A stretch of 64,000 nucleotides of DNA from Ramazzottius varieornatus (Eukaryota; Animalia; Tardigrada). A program made the translations under genes and the position numbers. The DNA lies in NCBI GenBank assembly GCA_001949185.1, contig BDGG01000027.1, forward strand, positions 1 to 64,000, in the 5' to 3' direction. Shown here one piece after another: positions 1 through 12,206 of this stretch; the stretch's first letter is position 1, and each line of letters starts with the position of its first letter. The notes under the pieces were generated by a model. That model did no database searches. It was not told where the DNA came from and was given only the letters and a program-made list of their open reading frames with translations.

Positions 1-779
1 CAATCAGTGATTTCCGTGCGGGTGTTATTTATTGGCGTGATGACGTCGTTCGCAGAACTATGGAGGGAATACAACACTTCTGAGTTTCTTCCGGTGTCCT
101 GCTGATGTATTGCTTCTGATTAGGGGTTAGCTGAGCCCGGCTTTTCAGTGGTATACCACCTGCTAGTACATCATATCATATATTGGCGTTCACTTACCAA
201 GCCACCGCGAGCCAGTCTTCCTCTAAGAAACAGGGAACAGGGGTCATTAACGCATCTTCCATGACAAAGATGAACGAAAACACGGATGTTCTTAAGAAGA
301 AAAAAACAAGCAAAAAGCAAGATTCTGAGCCGGGTCTCATCACCTACCTCGCGCCAAGTCCCCTATCGGCGAGAACGGAAAGGAGCAACCTGCCGTGAGA
401 AATATCTTTGTGCTCCAAGTGTTGCTTGTCGAATAGTACAAAGCCTGCATAGTTTGGCGGAGCCCTTGTTCTTACCTGGGTAGAAAACAACTACTGGCCG
501 TTCGCGATGGGTCCGCTGTTTTTTGTATAGATCCACAACCGATGAAAGTGTATGATACAGCGCATCTTGGTCGCAGTAACTGGTGGCGTTTCGCAGCTCG
601 TAGTTTGTCCAGTCATAATCCCATTTGTACAGCCGTTTGCCTTCTTCGAATGCCACAGCAAAAGCCGGAGTCAGGGCTTCATAGCCAAAGCTGGCTCCCC
701 CGAATGTAATGGTAGCGAACTGCACCGATGTCACTGATTGACCCCAGAAGCACAGGCAAACCGCAGCGAATTTCAGCAT
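1..779 (-). CDS. 5' part of a secreted/receptor protein with an ANF-receptor-like extracellular domain (receptor guanylate cyclase/natriuretic peptide receptor-like); spliced, probably continues past the window start
   Basis: Signal peptide MLKFAAVCLCFWGQSVTS is followed by GYEALTPAFAVAFEE...C...VVVFYPG|gtaag (exon ends 476). The next exon (390-348) gives CSFPFSPIGDLARE, matching the 'PGCS...GDLARE' pattern of this domain. Confidence 0.5.
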
Positions 780-1614
780 TTGTCAGTCTCGGTTGTCGGC
801 ATCGACAAATTCGAGATTTCCCAAATGTTTCCAATGGGGTGCGTCGATCACTGGTTTTAGGAAGGCGTCGAGTCTGACAGCGTTGCCTCAACAAGTGCTT
901 CGTAGTTTGTTATTTATGACAGCTAATGCTTCTGATGCATTACCCAGCGTACTAAAAGCCTGTCCACCGCGGAGCTCGACCGTAACCATCAGTTTCGGGT
1001 TCCGATTACGAAATTAATGATAACCGTTAGAGATGTAACCAACTGCCCGCCACAGACGTCAATCATAAAACGATCAAGTATGGCCGGAAAGATGCCGGTA
1101 GACAGGGATACTACAGCATTAGTCGGAAAATGCGCGAAAAAGTTAAATTTCGACACCGCGTAGACGATCAGTCCTTTTTGGTTGAAGGTGGATACTAGGC
1201 CTGGTGCTAAAATTCAACGTTGAAAGAATGCTTGTCGTACGCGGAACCATTTCGCTTAGCCGATGTGCTGCCTCGCTGGGGTGCATAAATGGTCCACTCT
1301 GATAAACTGAAGTGTAATATTTCCGTTTCAAGCCGATCCCACGCTGGATCCCGGGTAGTTTACAGAGAGCTCTCAACGATATGAACAAGTTTGGGTGCGG
1401 TGAAATCGCGCGCTGGAACAATAGGATTTTTTTAATAGAATTATTGACCCTCCGGATCCGTGAGCGCCGTGTTGAATGGTTAGAACTAGTGGAGATTCCA
1501 CGCACCGAGCGCGCACACCATGATTACTGGGGAATGGAGTCTGGGCGAGCGCTGATACCGATCAACACTATCCGCACCACTTAGCGAATTTCACTCGTGT
1601 TCATTTCAATGTTG

Positions 1615-1890
1615 TGTTTAGTTTCAGTTCCAGACTGAAAAAATATCAGTGTTTAGTTCAGTTTCAGTTTCAGTCTTAGTCTCGGGATTAGACTGAAACA
1701 ACAGTCTAGCTCCTCGGACTGAAACTGAAAAGAAGGAGATCGATTCGTCCAGGCAGAGAGAGACTAAAACTAAAGCGGGAAGGGTCTGACACCCCTACGT
1801 GGAGACTGAAACTGATTTGCGGTGGATATCGGTCTCGGTCTGAGGACTGAAACAGAAATTCGTGGTATATCAGTATCAGTCTCTGGGATT
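1615..1890. repeat. GACTGAAACTGA/TCAGTTTCAGTC-rich degenerate repeat; second block at about 2798-2870
   Basis: Many copies of tttcagt(c/t) and gactgaaac occur in both orientations. The same motif resumes at 2798-2870, on the other side of two MITEs. Confidence 0.6.
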
Positions 1891-1972
1891 AACAAGGGAA
1901 ATGCGATAACGCTTTTTCCGAATCCTTGGGTTTCCCTTTTCCCAAAAACAGAAGATCCTGGGCCCTATACCA

Positions 1973-2132
1973 GTACACGAGCCTGGCCTTATTATTGGCC
2001 GGGACAAAATTTTTGGCCACCGGCCGAAAGCGGCAGCTGCCAGCTAAACAGACCAATCAATCGAAGCGCTGCCGCTTTCGGCCGGTGGCCAAAAATTTTG
2101 TTCCGGCCAATAATTAGGCCAGGCGCGTGTAC
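1973..2132. mobile_element. Hairpin MITE with ~65-bp near-perfect inverted arms (GTACACG ends)
   Basis: gtacacgagcctggcc...ccgaaagcggcagc is mirrored by gctgccgctttcgg...ggccaggcgcgtgtac. Related termini occur at 41439 and 57395. Confidence 0.85.
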
Positions 2133-2531
2133 ATCTTTTGGACATTTCGCCTTTTAGCACGATCGCCTTTTAGCAAAACCCTTTGACCCTTAAGTCTTCT
2201 GGCAAGTGAAAATCACCTTCTGGTCACCAAACCTTTTAACCATTAGACCTCTTAGCACTGAAGCCTTTTGCTGGCGGTGAAAGTAGACATGAAGGTAACC
2301 AAGTTGGCTCCTCAGCTAACGCTCATGGTTTGTGGGGGTGCCGCCGTTCCACTCCGCTTTTCTCCGAATTTTTCGGCCATAGTTATGTTTCAAAAACACG
2401 GACAATCAAACTGGGCGGTGCTCAAAAGGCAAAGAGGTTAGAAGGTATAAGTGTGGTTTTCAAAAGCCGACAGAGTTGGAAGGTGAAATATCTAAAAGAC
2501 GAATCCAAAAGGTGAATTTGCTGGGAGGTGT
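2130..2531. mobile_element. Degenerate MITE with inverted subterminal ccttt(t)/aaaagg repeats
   Basis: The left end tacatcttttggacatttcgccttttag imperfectly mirrors the right end ctaaaagacgaatccaaaaggtgaatttgctgggaggtgta. Confidence 0.5.
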
Positions 2532-4369
2532 ATTGATCCCGTTCCGAATCCCGGATACCTTTATGAGGCGTCATGATCGGCGAAACACCACTTCGTAACG
2601 TCGAAAAACTTTCAGAATGTGTGGAAAACGCGTTTTAAAATTCTTTTGAGCTGAGATATGGTACTCCGCTGACAACGATGCTTCATAGTGGTTCTTCGAT
2701 ACGTCCTCTATTTCCGGGAAAACGAAAGCCAGAGGATTCGAGGAGGGCCCTTCCGCAATTCCCTTGGTAGAGACTAGAACCGATATCCCACACATTTAAG
2801 TTTCAGTCCCCAGACTAAGACTGACATCTTTCGCGAATCAGTTTCAGTCTCGGGACTAAAACTGATATCTCCTAGAGATATCCGAGTGAAAACCTATTCG
2901 CCGCGATTTATCCAGGTACCTCGACGAGCCGTTTGTACCGTTCGGAGCCGACGACTCGAGTGGTGATATCAGGTCCAAAGTTCGAACAGCTTTTTATTTA
3001 TTAGGCTAAACTTGGGCGAATTTGAAAATTTGTTATAAAATTTGCCAATGGGACACGCCTGGTGGATACAAGCGTGGGGTTCGTCAATCGTTATACTGCA
3101 GTCTTTCCCGATTACTGGGAGTTTTGTAATACAAGCTATCCAGCGATAACGGAGAAGTTTGCCGCTGATTATACCGAATGAATTATGAATTTTCAGCGGT
3201 TTTTGAAGTTCGAGAGATTGGTTTTTCATGATTGTCCGTCCAATCCAAAACAGAAAGCGAGTGGTCAGTCTCTGGTCGTTCTATCGGTGATCACGCATAG
3301 AGAACCAATTAACTCGGTTTTGCACGTCCTGCCTGCCATGCTGGTTGGTGCAGATTCAGGCCAATAACGATGACTTCTGGGCGGCTAAATATAGTCTATT
3401 CATCGAGAATCGAAATTGGCTAATCCCCACATCAGAACGTTACCAAGAGTTCAAAGATCTTCCGAAGGTAAAACTAATTCGGAAAAGTGCTTGGTGAGAA
3501 CAAAGTTAGCTCAAAAACTGCAGTCTCAAAAGTATGAGCCTGCAGCCAAGTAACCACGGCATGCCGGCCTTGTGGTGAACGCAAGCTCATGGCAAGCTGC
3601 GGTGCTTTATTGAATCAGCTTCCCGAAACTGAACCGGCGCGCGGTTATCGATTGCATAACTTTCTCATCCGTTCAGATCGTCCAAAGTGGTGTTCAACCT
3701 TAACGAGAACCTGTTTTGGGGAAAGGTTCACCCGCGGAACCTCATTTCGCTAGTCGCTAAGTTTTAGACGACGTACCTTATGATCACAGCGAAAGCCGGC
3801 ATCTTTCCTGATTCATTTCTTACCTGTTCGAACCAAACCAAACGGATGGAACTGTCCCTTTCTCTTTGGCTGTCAATTCCAACTTGGAAACTTGTTATTA
3901 AAAGTCTTTGATGTCTCAGTACTTGTACCCAGAGAGTTTGGCAAACTCAGTACGTAGGAGTATAAAGTCCAATATTCAGAATGTCCTCAGGAGATTCTCC
4001 CAGACCTTTTGCATGGTTATTGTTCGTTTGCTCGAAAAAAATAAAATCTAACGGTGCAAAGCGGTTTCGGTTCAAACGTACAGGGAACGTGACTTAGCAC
4101 TCCGCGGATCCCTTGCGGCCTAGCAGCTACGTAGGTCTCTGCTGAATGCTGGACAAAATAACCTGCTATATTGAATGAATAGCCTTTAGGCCTTGCATTT
4201 TAGTCACGGTCTGCGGAGCACCTGCTTTGTAATCATTGGGTTTCCCGCAATACCATCGCTGTTTTATTGACGTTAGTAATATTGACAGATACTCGTTCGT
4301 AAGGCTCGACCTGAAGTTTTACTCGACGTCAGTGTCTTCGTCCAGTTTCTCTGTGTGATATACCTCAAA

Positions 4370-5675
4370 ATGTCTTTCCCAACTGGCACCGTACCCTTAC
4401 CACTTCCCATCATTTTACCGACAGTCCCTGATCCAGCTGAGTCTCCGCCTGCACGGCCATGTCGCGCAAACCTGTTGGTTGGGAACATCCAGCGCAGCTT
4501 CGAAATGACCTCACCTGGACTGGGCGCCCTCATCACACATTTCATTATTGGCGGCTTGGCTATGGGAATGTGTAGCGTCGTGAAAGGTTGGTTTCGTTTC
4601 TTCCCAAATCCAGAGAACAGCAACGAAATTTGTACAATGTCGAAAGTGCTTCCCAGCCCGTGATTAGATTTGATTGGTTTACTGTGTCTGTACGAGTTCA
4701 CTGTGTATGTAGTAATATGCCCACAACTGCTAATGGAATTTGACCAAGGGCTGAGAAGCACTTTCGACATTGTACTTACATGTTGTGACTGACAGTTGTG
4801 CCGTTGATGCTGATTGTGATGGGTGGATGGGCCTTCCTTTGCGGGCTCATCGGTATTCTCTTCTGCATTCCCTTTTTCTACAACGATACGGACCGCTTCC
4901 GCCTGATGGACTTCTGGTCGGCCGCCGCTATTTTGTCCAAGACCTACTCTCTGACGACCACTGTGGCCATCGCATTGAGCATTTCTGCGGCAGTCCAAGG
5001 AAGCATGTTGTACAATAGAGGAACAGGCTGGGTCGTCACCTTCGACACCGCAAGCGTACTCTATTTACGGCAAGCCACCATCGCCAGAAACGCAGGGTGG
5101 TCAGCCATCGGGTGAGCCAACTGTCCTTTGCTGAAGAATATCCATACCGGCCTTAAATGGGAGCTCGGCAAAGAAACTCGATCAGATCGCTTTTCCAAGT
5201 GGTACATGCTTCCTGCCAATATCTTCGCGAACGTGCGTCACTTGGGAAAGCGATCTGGTCGGGTTTTGTTTGCCGAACTCCCAAATATTGGTAATTGCCT
5301 TGTAATCGACGTTCGTCATGGGTGGTTCAAACTGTTTTATTGTGCAGGTTGGGCACCGCGGCTACAGTTGCAAACTTCATCCTGCTGATGAGGACCTTCA
5401 ACCTGTGCCAGCTCTCGTCCTATATTCAAGTGCGGACAAGGAGTACTATGACCAGGCAAGGTATTCCGGCCATTGGGGTGCGTTACATACACTATCATCC
5501 GCATTCTGGACATCGAATAGCTTTGCAAATGCATAATATGCCACGGTTGCCACCCGTGATCGATCCTCCACCAGCTTATGATATCGTGATAGAAAATGAC
5601 GAGCCACCTCCAGAGTACAAACTGGCGGTGGAGATACCGGTAGCAGCGACCCCTTCTTCTGCTCAATTAAAGTGA
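4370..5675 (+). CDS. Four-pass membrane protein with two C-terminal PPxY motifs (exons about 4370-4586, 4796-5111, 5349-5675)
   Basis: GT-AG splices join three ORFs in frame. The product has four hydrophobic segments and the tail DPPPAYDIVIENDEPPPEY. Confidence 0.7.
4632..4775. mobile_element. Intronic TA-flanked MITE (Tc1/mariner-type)
   Basis: gtacaatgtcgaaagtgctt and aagcactttcgacattgtac form a perfect 20-bp inverted repeat. Confidence 0.8.
5147..5291. repeat. Family-1 intronic hairpin element (GGGAGCTCGGCAAA...AAGTGGCGCA-N27-TGCGCCACTT...TTTGCCGAGCTCCC), type copy
   Basis: Nested inverted repeats span 5159-5282. Other copies lie near 15620, 26560, 28896, 33340, 35400, 37020, 42380, 47075 and 54470. 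Confidence 0.8.
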
Positions 5676-5875
5676 TAGTTTCTCCTAGTCTGTATCTGTT
5701 GGCCGAGTCTCTCTACTTCGGATACCCCATTCTGACTATTTTTCTGTTACATTTTCCGCACTTGAAGAATAAGATTTCATACGCGTATACAATGTTCTGC
5801 TTACGGCAAAAGAAAACTGACGATTAATTTCATAAGCTAATGAATCTGTGGAATGAAATGGTCTGCCTAGACCAA

Positions 5876-8339
5876 TCACAAGTTTCGGGGCTTGACCAGA
5901 ACGTTGAAAGGCTTGGGCCGATGAGAGACCAACAGGAGGCTGTACTCGTGGATGCCGGGCAGAGTTTCTCCTGGAGGAACGCTGAACTCAAAGTTATGGA
6001 AGAGGTTCGCCATGAGTACCCACAACATCTGCTGAGCCAACTCCATACCAGGGCAACTTCTGCGTCCCAAGCCTGAAAAGAACACTAAACTGCTATTCCA
6101 ACAACACCCCTGGCAGTACGATGGACGGCTTACCCTTGGACCAGTGGAGGAATTGTGGTGGAAGACTGAAGGAAGTGCCGTCCTCGGTCATGAAGCGATC
6201 AGGCTTAAAACTCTCAGGATCGGGGAAATACTTTGGGCTCCAGTGAACTGCCCAGTAGTTTGGAACGATCTGAGTCTTGGGCGGGATAGTGTAACCCATA
6301 AGCTCGGCTTCCTTCAGGTTCTCACGAGCCTGACCCAGCGGAGTCTCTCCGCTCACGCGTACCACTTCGAACATTGTGGACGACATGTACGGCAGATTAT
6401 CTGTAAAGTTCAAAAACCGGTTTCTGCGTATTTGTATTACGGCACGATAAACTCGGTCCCCACCTTTATCGGCGTATGTAATGTGCTTTCTGGTGCCGAC
6501 GACGCGAGCCAGTTCTCGCTGTAGCTTCTCTTGGGTTCCCGGGTTTCGTAGATGGTGAAGAATGGCGTATTGTAGGATGGAGCCAGTGGCTTCCGGACCA
6601 GCTTGGAACATGGAGTCGATCGAGGCTATTATGTCGTTTTGATCTGCAATCAAAAACGCAGTAGCCTAGGGCTACAGTATGAAAACAAAGTTCCGCCGTC
6701 TTCTTCAACACTGCCCGAAGAAAGAATGTTGCTAGTACAGTAGTACCCACCAGCCATAGCCAGAAGTCCTTCAGTGTCTTTCCCTTCCTTGTGCAACTGA
6801 ATGTAAACGTCGAGGAAATCTCGCTTCTTTCCTGCTTGGTAAGTCTCCTGATGAGCATCCAGCGATTCGCCAATAACGGCCCAATCTTTGCTCAAGTTAC
6901 GGACTTTTCCCACGATAAAGTCAGGAAAGCCCAACCTGAAACGAGCTCAAATGAGCCCCACAAGAAGTATTCCGGAAAGATGACCATGCGACATCACACT
7001 ATAGCGCGGATATTTCCCAACATTTCTTTACCGTCTTAGCCAGGCGCCAAGCATGACTTCCACGCCGGTCTGCGCCAGTGCAGACCATGACTGAAGTCCC
7101 TTTCCTTCGTAATCGTATCGCTTGCCGAAAGTGACCATGCTGACAGTGTTCATGGTGGCCTGTTTAAAGTCTGACAAGGCATTCAAAGGGACCTTGCCGT
7201 TCTGACCGTGTCTGGTCAAGGCCGCCGCCAGGTGGTCAAACTCCTCCAGGATCAACTTGTCCATTCTTGAGCCGTTCACACCCAGTTCGCGGAGGGTGTT
7301 GACGATAAAATTGTGCTGCGCGTAAAACTTCTTACCCTCCATTTTCATGATGCCTATAAAGCAATGAGTCGACATCAGATTGCCGCTTAGCTCTTCTATG
7401 CCTGTTGCCATACCGTGAATTTTGCCGTCTTTGCCGGTGGAAAGATACTCGGTGAAGGAATCATCGGCGCGACCTTCGAATTCGTCAGCTTTGTCGGCCA
7501 GAGCGGCTTTGATGGCATCATAGTCGTTGAGCACCACGCTGAGCATTGTTCCATAGTTGAAGCCTAGAGGCCCCAAGCGGACCGTCATGATATTTCCGTA
7601 GGTTTTGTTCATCTTGGCTAGTTCTATCCATGGGTAAGTTCCCAAGAACGGAACGTAGCCCAAAAACGGCAAACCTGCAGAAGAGCAGGAAACATGATAA
7701 TATGGTGACATGATAGTACCAGTCACCATGCCGTACTCTGGGTTTGAACCCAGGTACTCCCAATTAACTGATTCTTATTGCTGTCTACAACCACTGGAAG
7801 ATGGGCGGCGTACTTATGGATGGTCCGGGCGGCATATTCGCGGGTTTCATGGTTGTGAAGTACCAAACAGCCAGGCCGCCCACTAGGACCGCCAGCATGA
7901 AAGGCGACAAGAGCAACCCCATGATTGTCTTTTTCGCGCCCGTGCTAGTGCCGCTCTTGGCCGATCCGCCCTTCTTATCAGTTCTCGGTGCGCCAGTTTG
8001 CTGTGCAGTCGTATCGGCGTGTTGTTGCAGCAGCTCCGCTCCCGCCTTGGCCAGCTGATCGGTATTTGGGCGAGGAAGCCTGTCGGCTGGTTGGTCTTCC
8101 CTCACTTGCATTTCACCGGGGACCCTCCTGGGTGATCGAGGTGGTGTCCGCGTTTCATGGTCGCTGCCTACATGCTCAAAATCCGAGGTGCGACCAGTGA
8201 CGACTTTTTCCGGGAGAAATGTTCTTTGAGCAATATCATCCACGGCCCGTTCGGCGCTTCTCAGGTGGAAAGCGCGGCGTTCTTCCGTCACGTGAACATC
8301 TCCCACCTGTCTGTCGATAATCTCCCGTTTTTCTTCCAT
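5876..8339 (-). CDS. Cytochrome P450, CYP2 clan, atypical; multi-exon; in-frame ATGs at 8339 and 7922
   Basis: Contains a membrane anchor plus PPGP hinge, GLPFLG, VVLNDYDAIKAAL, I-helix AGPEAT, K-helix EVVR, PDRF and the heme motif GRRSCPG. Confidence 0.92.
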
Positions 8340-9873
8340 CCCGCTAGATATAGTTTAAGCGTCTAGATCGGATTATGCAGTCAACCTGCAACATGCGATC
8401 ATAACACCGGCATTAATCGTGCAAGACAACCGTCTAGCGCGCGTACAGGAATGTTTTGTTGCTGGCTACATACCTTCCGGCAGCAGAAGTGGGTTTTTCC
8501 ACATGCGGGAGATGTCGAACGGGTTGACTACAAGTACTGTGGAAAGACACAGAGCTTGGAGCGATTCACAGGGTAAGCCAGGTTCTGTCATCTCTTAGGG
8601 TTTAAGTTTGAACCTGTTTTGAATTTTCTTCACTGATGTATTCATCTAGCAAGTTGCAAATCAGCTGAGTGAGCTGACTATTATATCGACGAATTTTTCG
8701 CGTACGACCTGTGACGGTGCGACCTGAGCCGGGGACCGATCAGGATCAGGAAGCGTCTTTGTTTGTAAACTGAAGGCTGCGCTGATTGGCTCATATACTG
8801 CCAACCTGATCGTTTCACTCCCTGAACGGTCCGGACTTAACAGGAAAAGTTGGGAAACATCAATTTTGGCTGATTTGTTTTTGCGCCCCCCCCCTCCTGA
8901 GTGCCCGATCAGGCTAGCTTTTAACTCACTTCTTGGCATCCAAACTTTCAGAGGCATGCAAGTCTCGCCCTGCTTCGCTTTCTTGCCTTCATTTCGCTAG
9001 CAGATATCGGCCTAACTACCTGCTACCATCCTGCGCTCACATACAGAAGAAAGACTTCTCCAGGATATCTTGTAGATTTGTGGAGGAGACTTGCTCCGTG
9101 ATCAAGGCTCGTCGTTTAAAGATGATCTGCTTTATCGAGCTGAAGTGCTGAACTTCTCATCTGCTGATTCTGCTACTAATGGGCAAGGTTCCTCAAAAGT
9201 CTGGGGTCATAGCGTAGAGGTACAGCTGATGAAATTTGAGAAGGGCAAGGGAAGGTTTCGGGTTTTTCTTGAAACTTCTCGGCCTCCACATTGGGCTACC
9301 CTGCCCCCTGCTTAAATTTCCTCGACTATGCCTCTACGCCGTGACCCCAGGCTTCTGAGGAACTTTGCCCAGACAGTCCAGACTCCAGATATCCTTGTCG
9401 ACGAGCCAAACTCTTCAGTCAGTGTCTAGTGAGTCATTTTCACCCGCAGCGGAGGAAGCAGAGCCTGAGGTAATTCGGCAAAAATCGGAAGAGGCGAGGT
9501 CTCGACGGCTAACCATCGGCTAGTGATGTTCTAATAATATGGGATAATGACATCCAATTCTGTAGCGCTAAAAAATTATCGCGCGCTGAATCTGATCGCA
9601 CCGGGCACGTTATCGCTGCCCTGTGCGATCAGATGTTATCAGTTTAGCCTCGTAAGTAGTGCTGAGATGAATACGATAAAATACCATATGATATTTTCTG
9701 ATAGATATATGTCAATATTTATATTTTGTTTTAGATATCAACCAAGTATCGATATTTCGATATGATACGTTTCTGATATTTTATTGTTGATATATCGAAT
9801 TTTATTGCAGTGATAAATCGATATATCAAGCCAGTACCATGCTGAAAACTATCGAAATCAAGAAAGAGCCTAA

Positions 9874-12206
9874 GGTCAGTACTATACTCGGGTCAGGAAG
9901 CTAGGTTTCCGTCGCGACCTAGTCACGGTTGAGCTAATTTTCTGTTGAGCGAAAGATCGGAATTCGAAGGTAGCGACCTAAGCAGAAACAAGCACAAGTA
10001 CCTGTCTTCGCTACTCGAATTCCGTTGTTCCGAGTATACTACGACACTTGTGCCAGCATAGTTTTGCTGTTCCGCTGTCAATAAATCCCGCTTTAATTTT
10101 TGATCTCCTGTTTCGCTGAAGTTATTTCATCGCTTATCCTTGAAAAGTTATCGTTCTTTTGAAATGGATTCTAGATCTGCTGTTACTGCTTTACTGTTGA
10201 ATTGTCGGTTACGTTTGTTCAGATTACAACAACGCAAAGTGGCGCTCAAGCGACAACAATGCTTATCCCTTCTTTCTCGTCAACGGAAGGCAAGAAGATG
10301 GTATGTCCGTCCCGTTAACGTAAATAGGGGAGAATCTGGAGAGTACATGAGAAGAGTGAAAACCTTCGCAGAGGACATGGAATACTACAAGGAATATTTC
10401 CGGATGTCCGAGCCATTGTTCAAGATGCTGCTAAAGCTAGTCACACCGTTGATAACTCATCAGTCAACGCATATACAGCCCATCACAGCTGAAGAACGAC
10501 TCGTTCTGACTTTAAGGTAAAAGCAAGTAATATTTGTATTCCTTAATCTGGTATATAGAATGGGAGAGTTATAACGAGCAGATGTTCTTCCAGAATTCTT
10601 GGAACGGGTATCACGCAGACTGCAGCAGCCCATTCATTTGCTGTATCTCAAACAACGATCAGCAAAATTTTCAAAGAAACAACGAAGGCCATATACGATG
10701 CTCTGAAAGATGTCTACATAGGTGAACCAAGCAAGGAGAGATGGAAGCAGAACGCTGAGAAATTCGAGGCCATGTGGAACTTTCCTAATTGCGTCGGCGC
10801 CATTGACGGGAAACATGTCCAGATCAAGGTAAAACTATGTTTGAGATTATGCGCCTTTCTCCGTGTGAACTTTTTACGGTTGTAAACTTTTTGCAGAAAC
10901 CAAGAAATGGTGGGAGTAAGTGGATCAACTACAAGGGAACACACTCAGTCGTTCTTATGGCTGTGGCGGGAGCGGACTACACATTTGAGTATGTGGACGT
11001 TGGTGGGTTTGGACGTTGGTGGGTTTGGACGGCAAAGCGACGGTGGAACGTGGCAGAACTGTACTCTGGGCCGAGCTCTGAACGACGGGGAGTTGGTTCT
11101 ACCTCCTTCTAGAAAGCCGAACAGTGTTCGAAGCTACCGTACGTGTTCGTGGCCGATGTTGCATTCCCCATGTCCGAAAATTTACTGCGACCATCCCCAG
11201 GATACGCTTCGTCGAGTTTAGGCAGCCATGAACGCATCTTCAACTACAGGTTCGATATTTTGTACGTAGCGGTGTTCAATTGACCTGAATATTTTATATA
11301 TATTATAACCTGCAGATTGTCAAGGGCTCGTTCGGCATCCTTGCGGCAAAATGGGGAATCTCCAATGGACCAATCGATCTGGAACCTATGCAGGTCATCT
11401 GCCTCACCCTAGCATGCTGCGCGCTGCATAAGTTTTTGATAAAAGAAAATGTGAAGAACGACGAGAGCTACATCCGCCCAACCTTGGTGGACAGCGAGGC
11501 TCCTGACGGTAGCATTGTACCTGGTTCCTGGCGTAAGACGATGCCTGCAAGTATGATTCCTCTCAAACTAAGCGGAAAAAAGACTGGAGGTGCTGCTATC
11601 AGAACAAGAGAAGATTTTTCTGAATTCTTTAATTCTCATGGAAGCGTACCGTGGCAAGAAAACATTGCATTTGGTACATTAAAGAAATGAGAATATTGCT
11701 GCTTTAAAGCTGTTTACATAAACGCTGGTGATGTAGAAACTTCTATAAAACCGTAAAGTCTTGAATGGTGCTGTCAAAGTTGCGCTCTTCAGTGGAAATG
11801 GGCGTGCTAGGACGGTAAGGGAAACCGAATCCCGTTGCTTTCTCGTACAGAAAGACTGCCACCGCTTGGTCAATCTTCTGTCCGAGGGTTGAACGACCAG
11901 CTGCATCTTGATTCAGCAACGTTGCCGTTATCTAGGAGCCTATGACGTAACTAAAATCAATAGATGGCAGTGATAACGTTGATAGGCTTTCAGCTAAATA
12001 TTGCAAGCTCAGAGCTTTCTATTCGTGTTCCAGGGCTTGTTCCAGTCGTTTGGAGCTTGTGCCGAATCTCCCTCAACGCTTAACGCAAGGGGTAGTATAC
12101 TCCGCTCACGGAACAAGGCTAGGTCGCTACCCAAGTATAATAGCCTTTGAGCTAATTCTGGAACAAAACTAGCTCGGACCCTCCCGACCCGAGTATAGTA
12201 ATGCTC
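9874..12206 (+). mobile_element. PIF/Harbinger DNA transposon, 2333 bp, TAA target-site duplication
   Basis: TAA at 9871-9873 and 12207-12209. TIRs are GGTCAGTACTATACTCGGGTC and (reverse complement) GAGCATTACTATACTCGGGTC. A transposase lies inside. Confidence 0.92.
10164..11690 (+). pseudogene. Harbinger (HARBI1-like DDE) transposase with three introns, disrupted
   Basis: Motifs YFRMS, ITAEERLVLTLR, WNFPNCVGAIDGKHVQIK, NYKGTHSVVLMAV, VADVAFP and FNYRLSRAR are present. A 16-nt tandem duplication (10995-11026) shifts the frame, and the IENAF segment is missing near 11330. Confidence 0.88.

Noticed and set aside
4273-4998. 241-aa minus-strand ORF
   Set aside because: It is the antisense shadow of the plus-strand membrane gene and runs through an intronic MITE.
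8660-9530. Short ORFs possibly from a decayed retroelement
   Set aside because: No RT, gag or endonuclease motif or terminal structure could be recognised.
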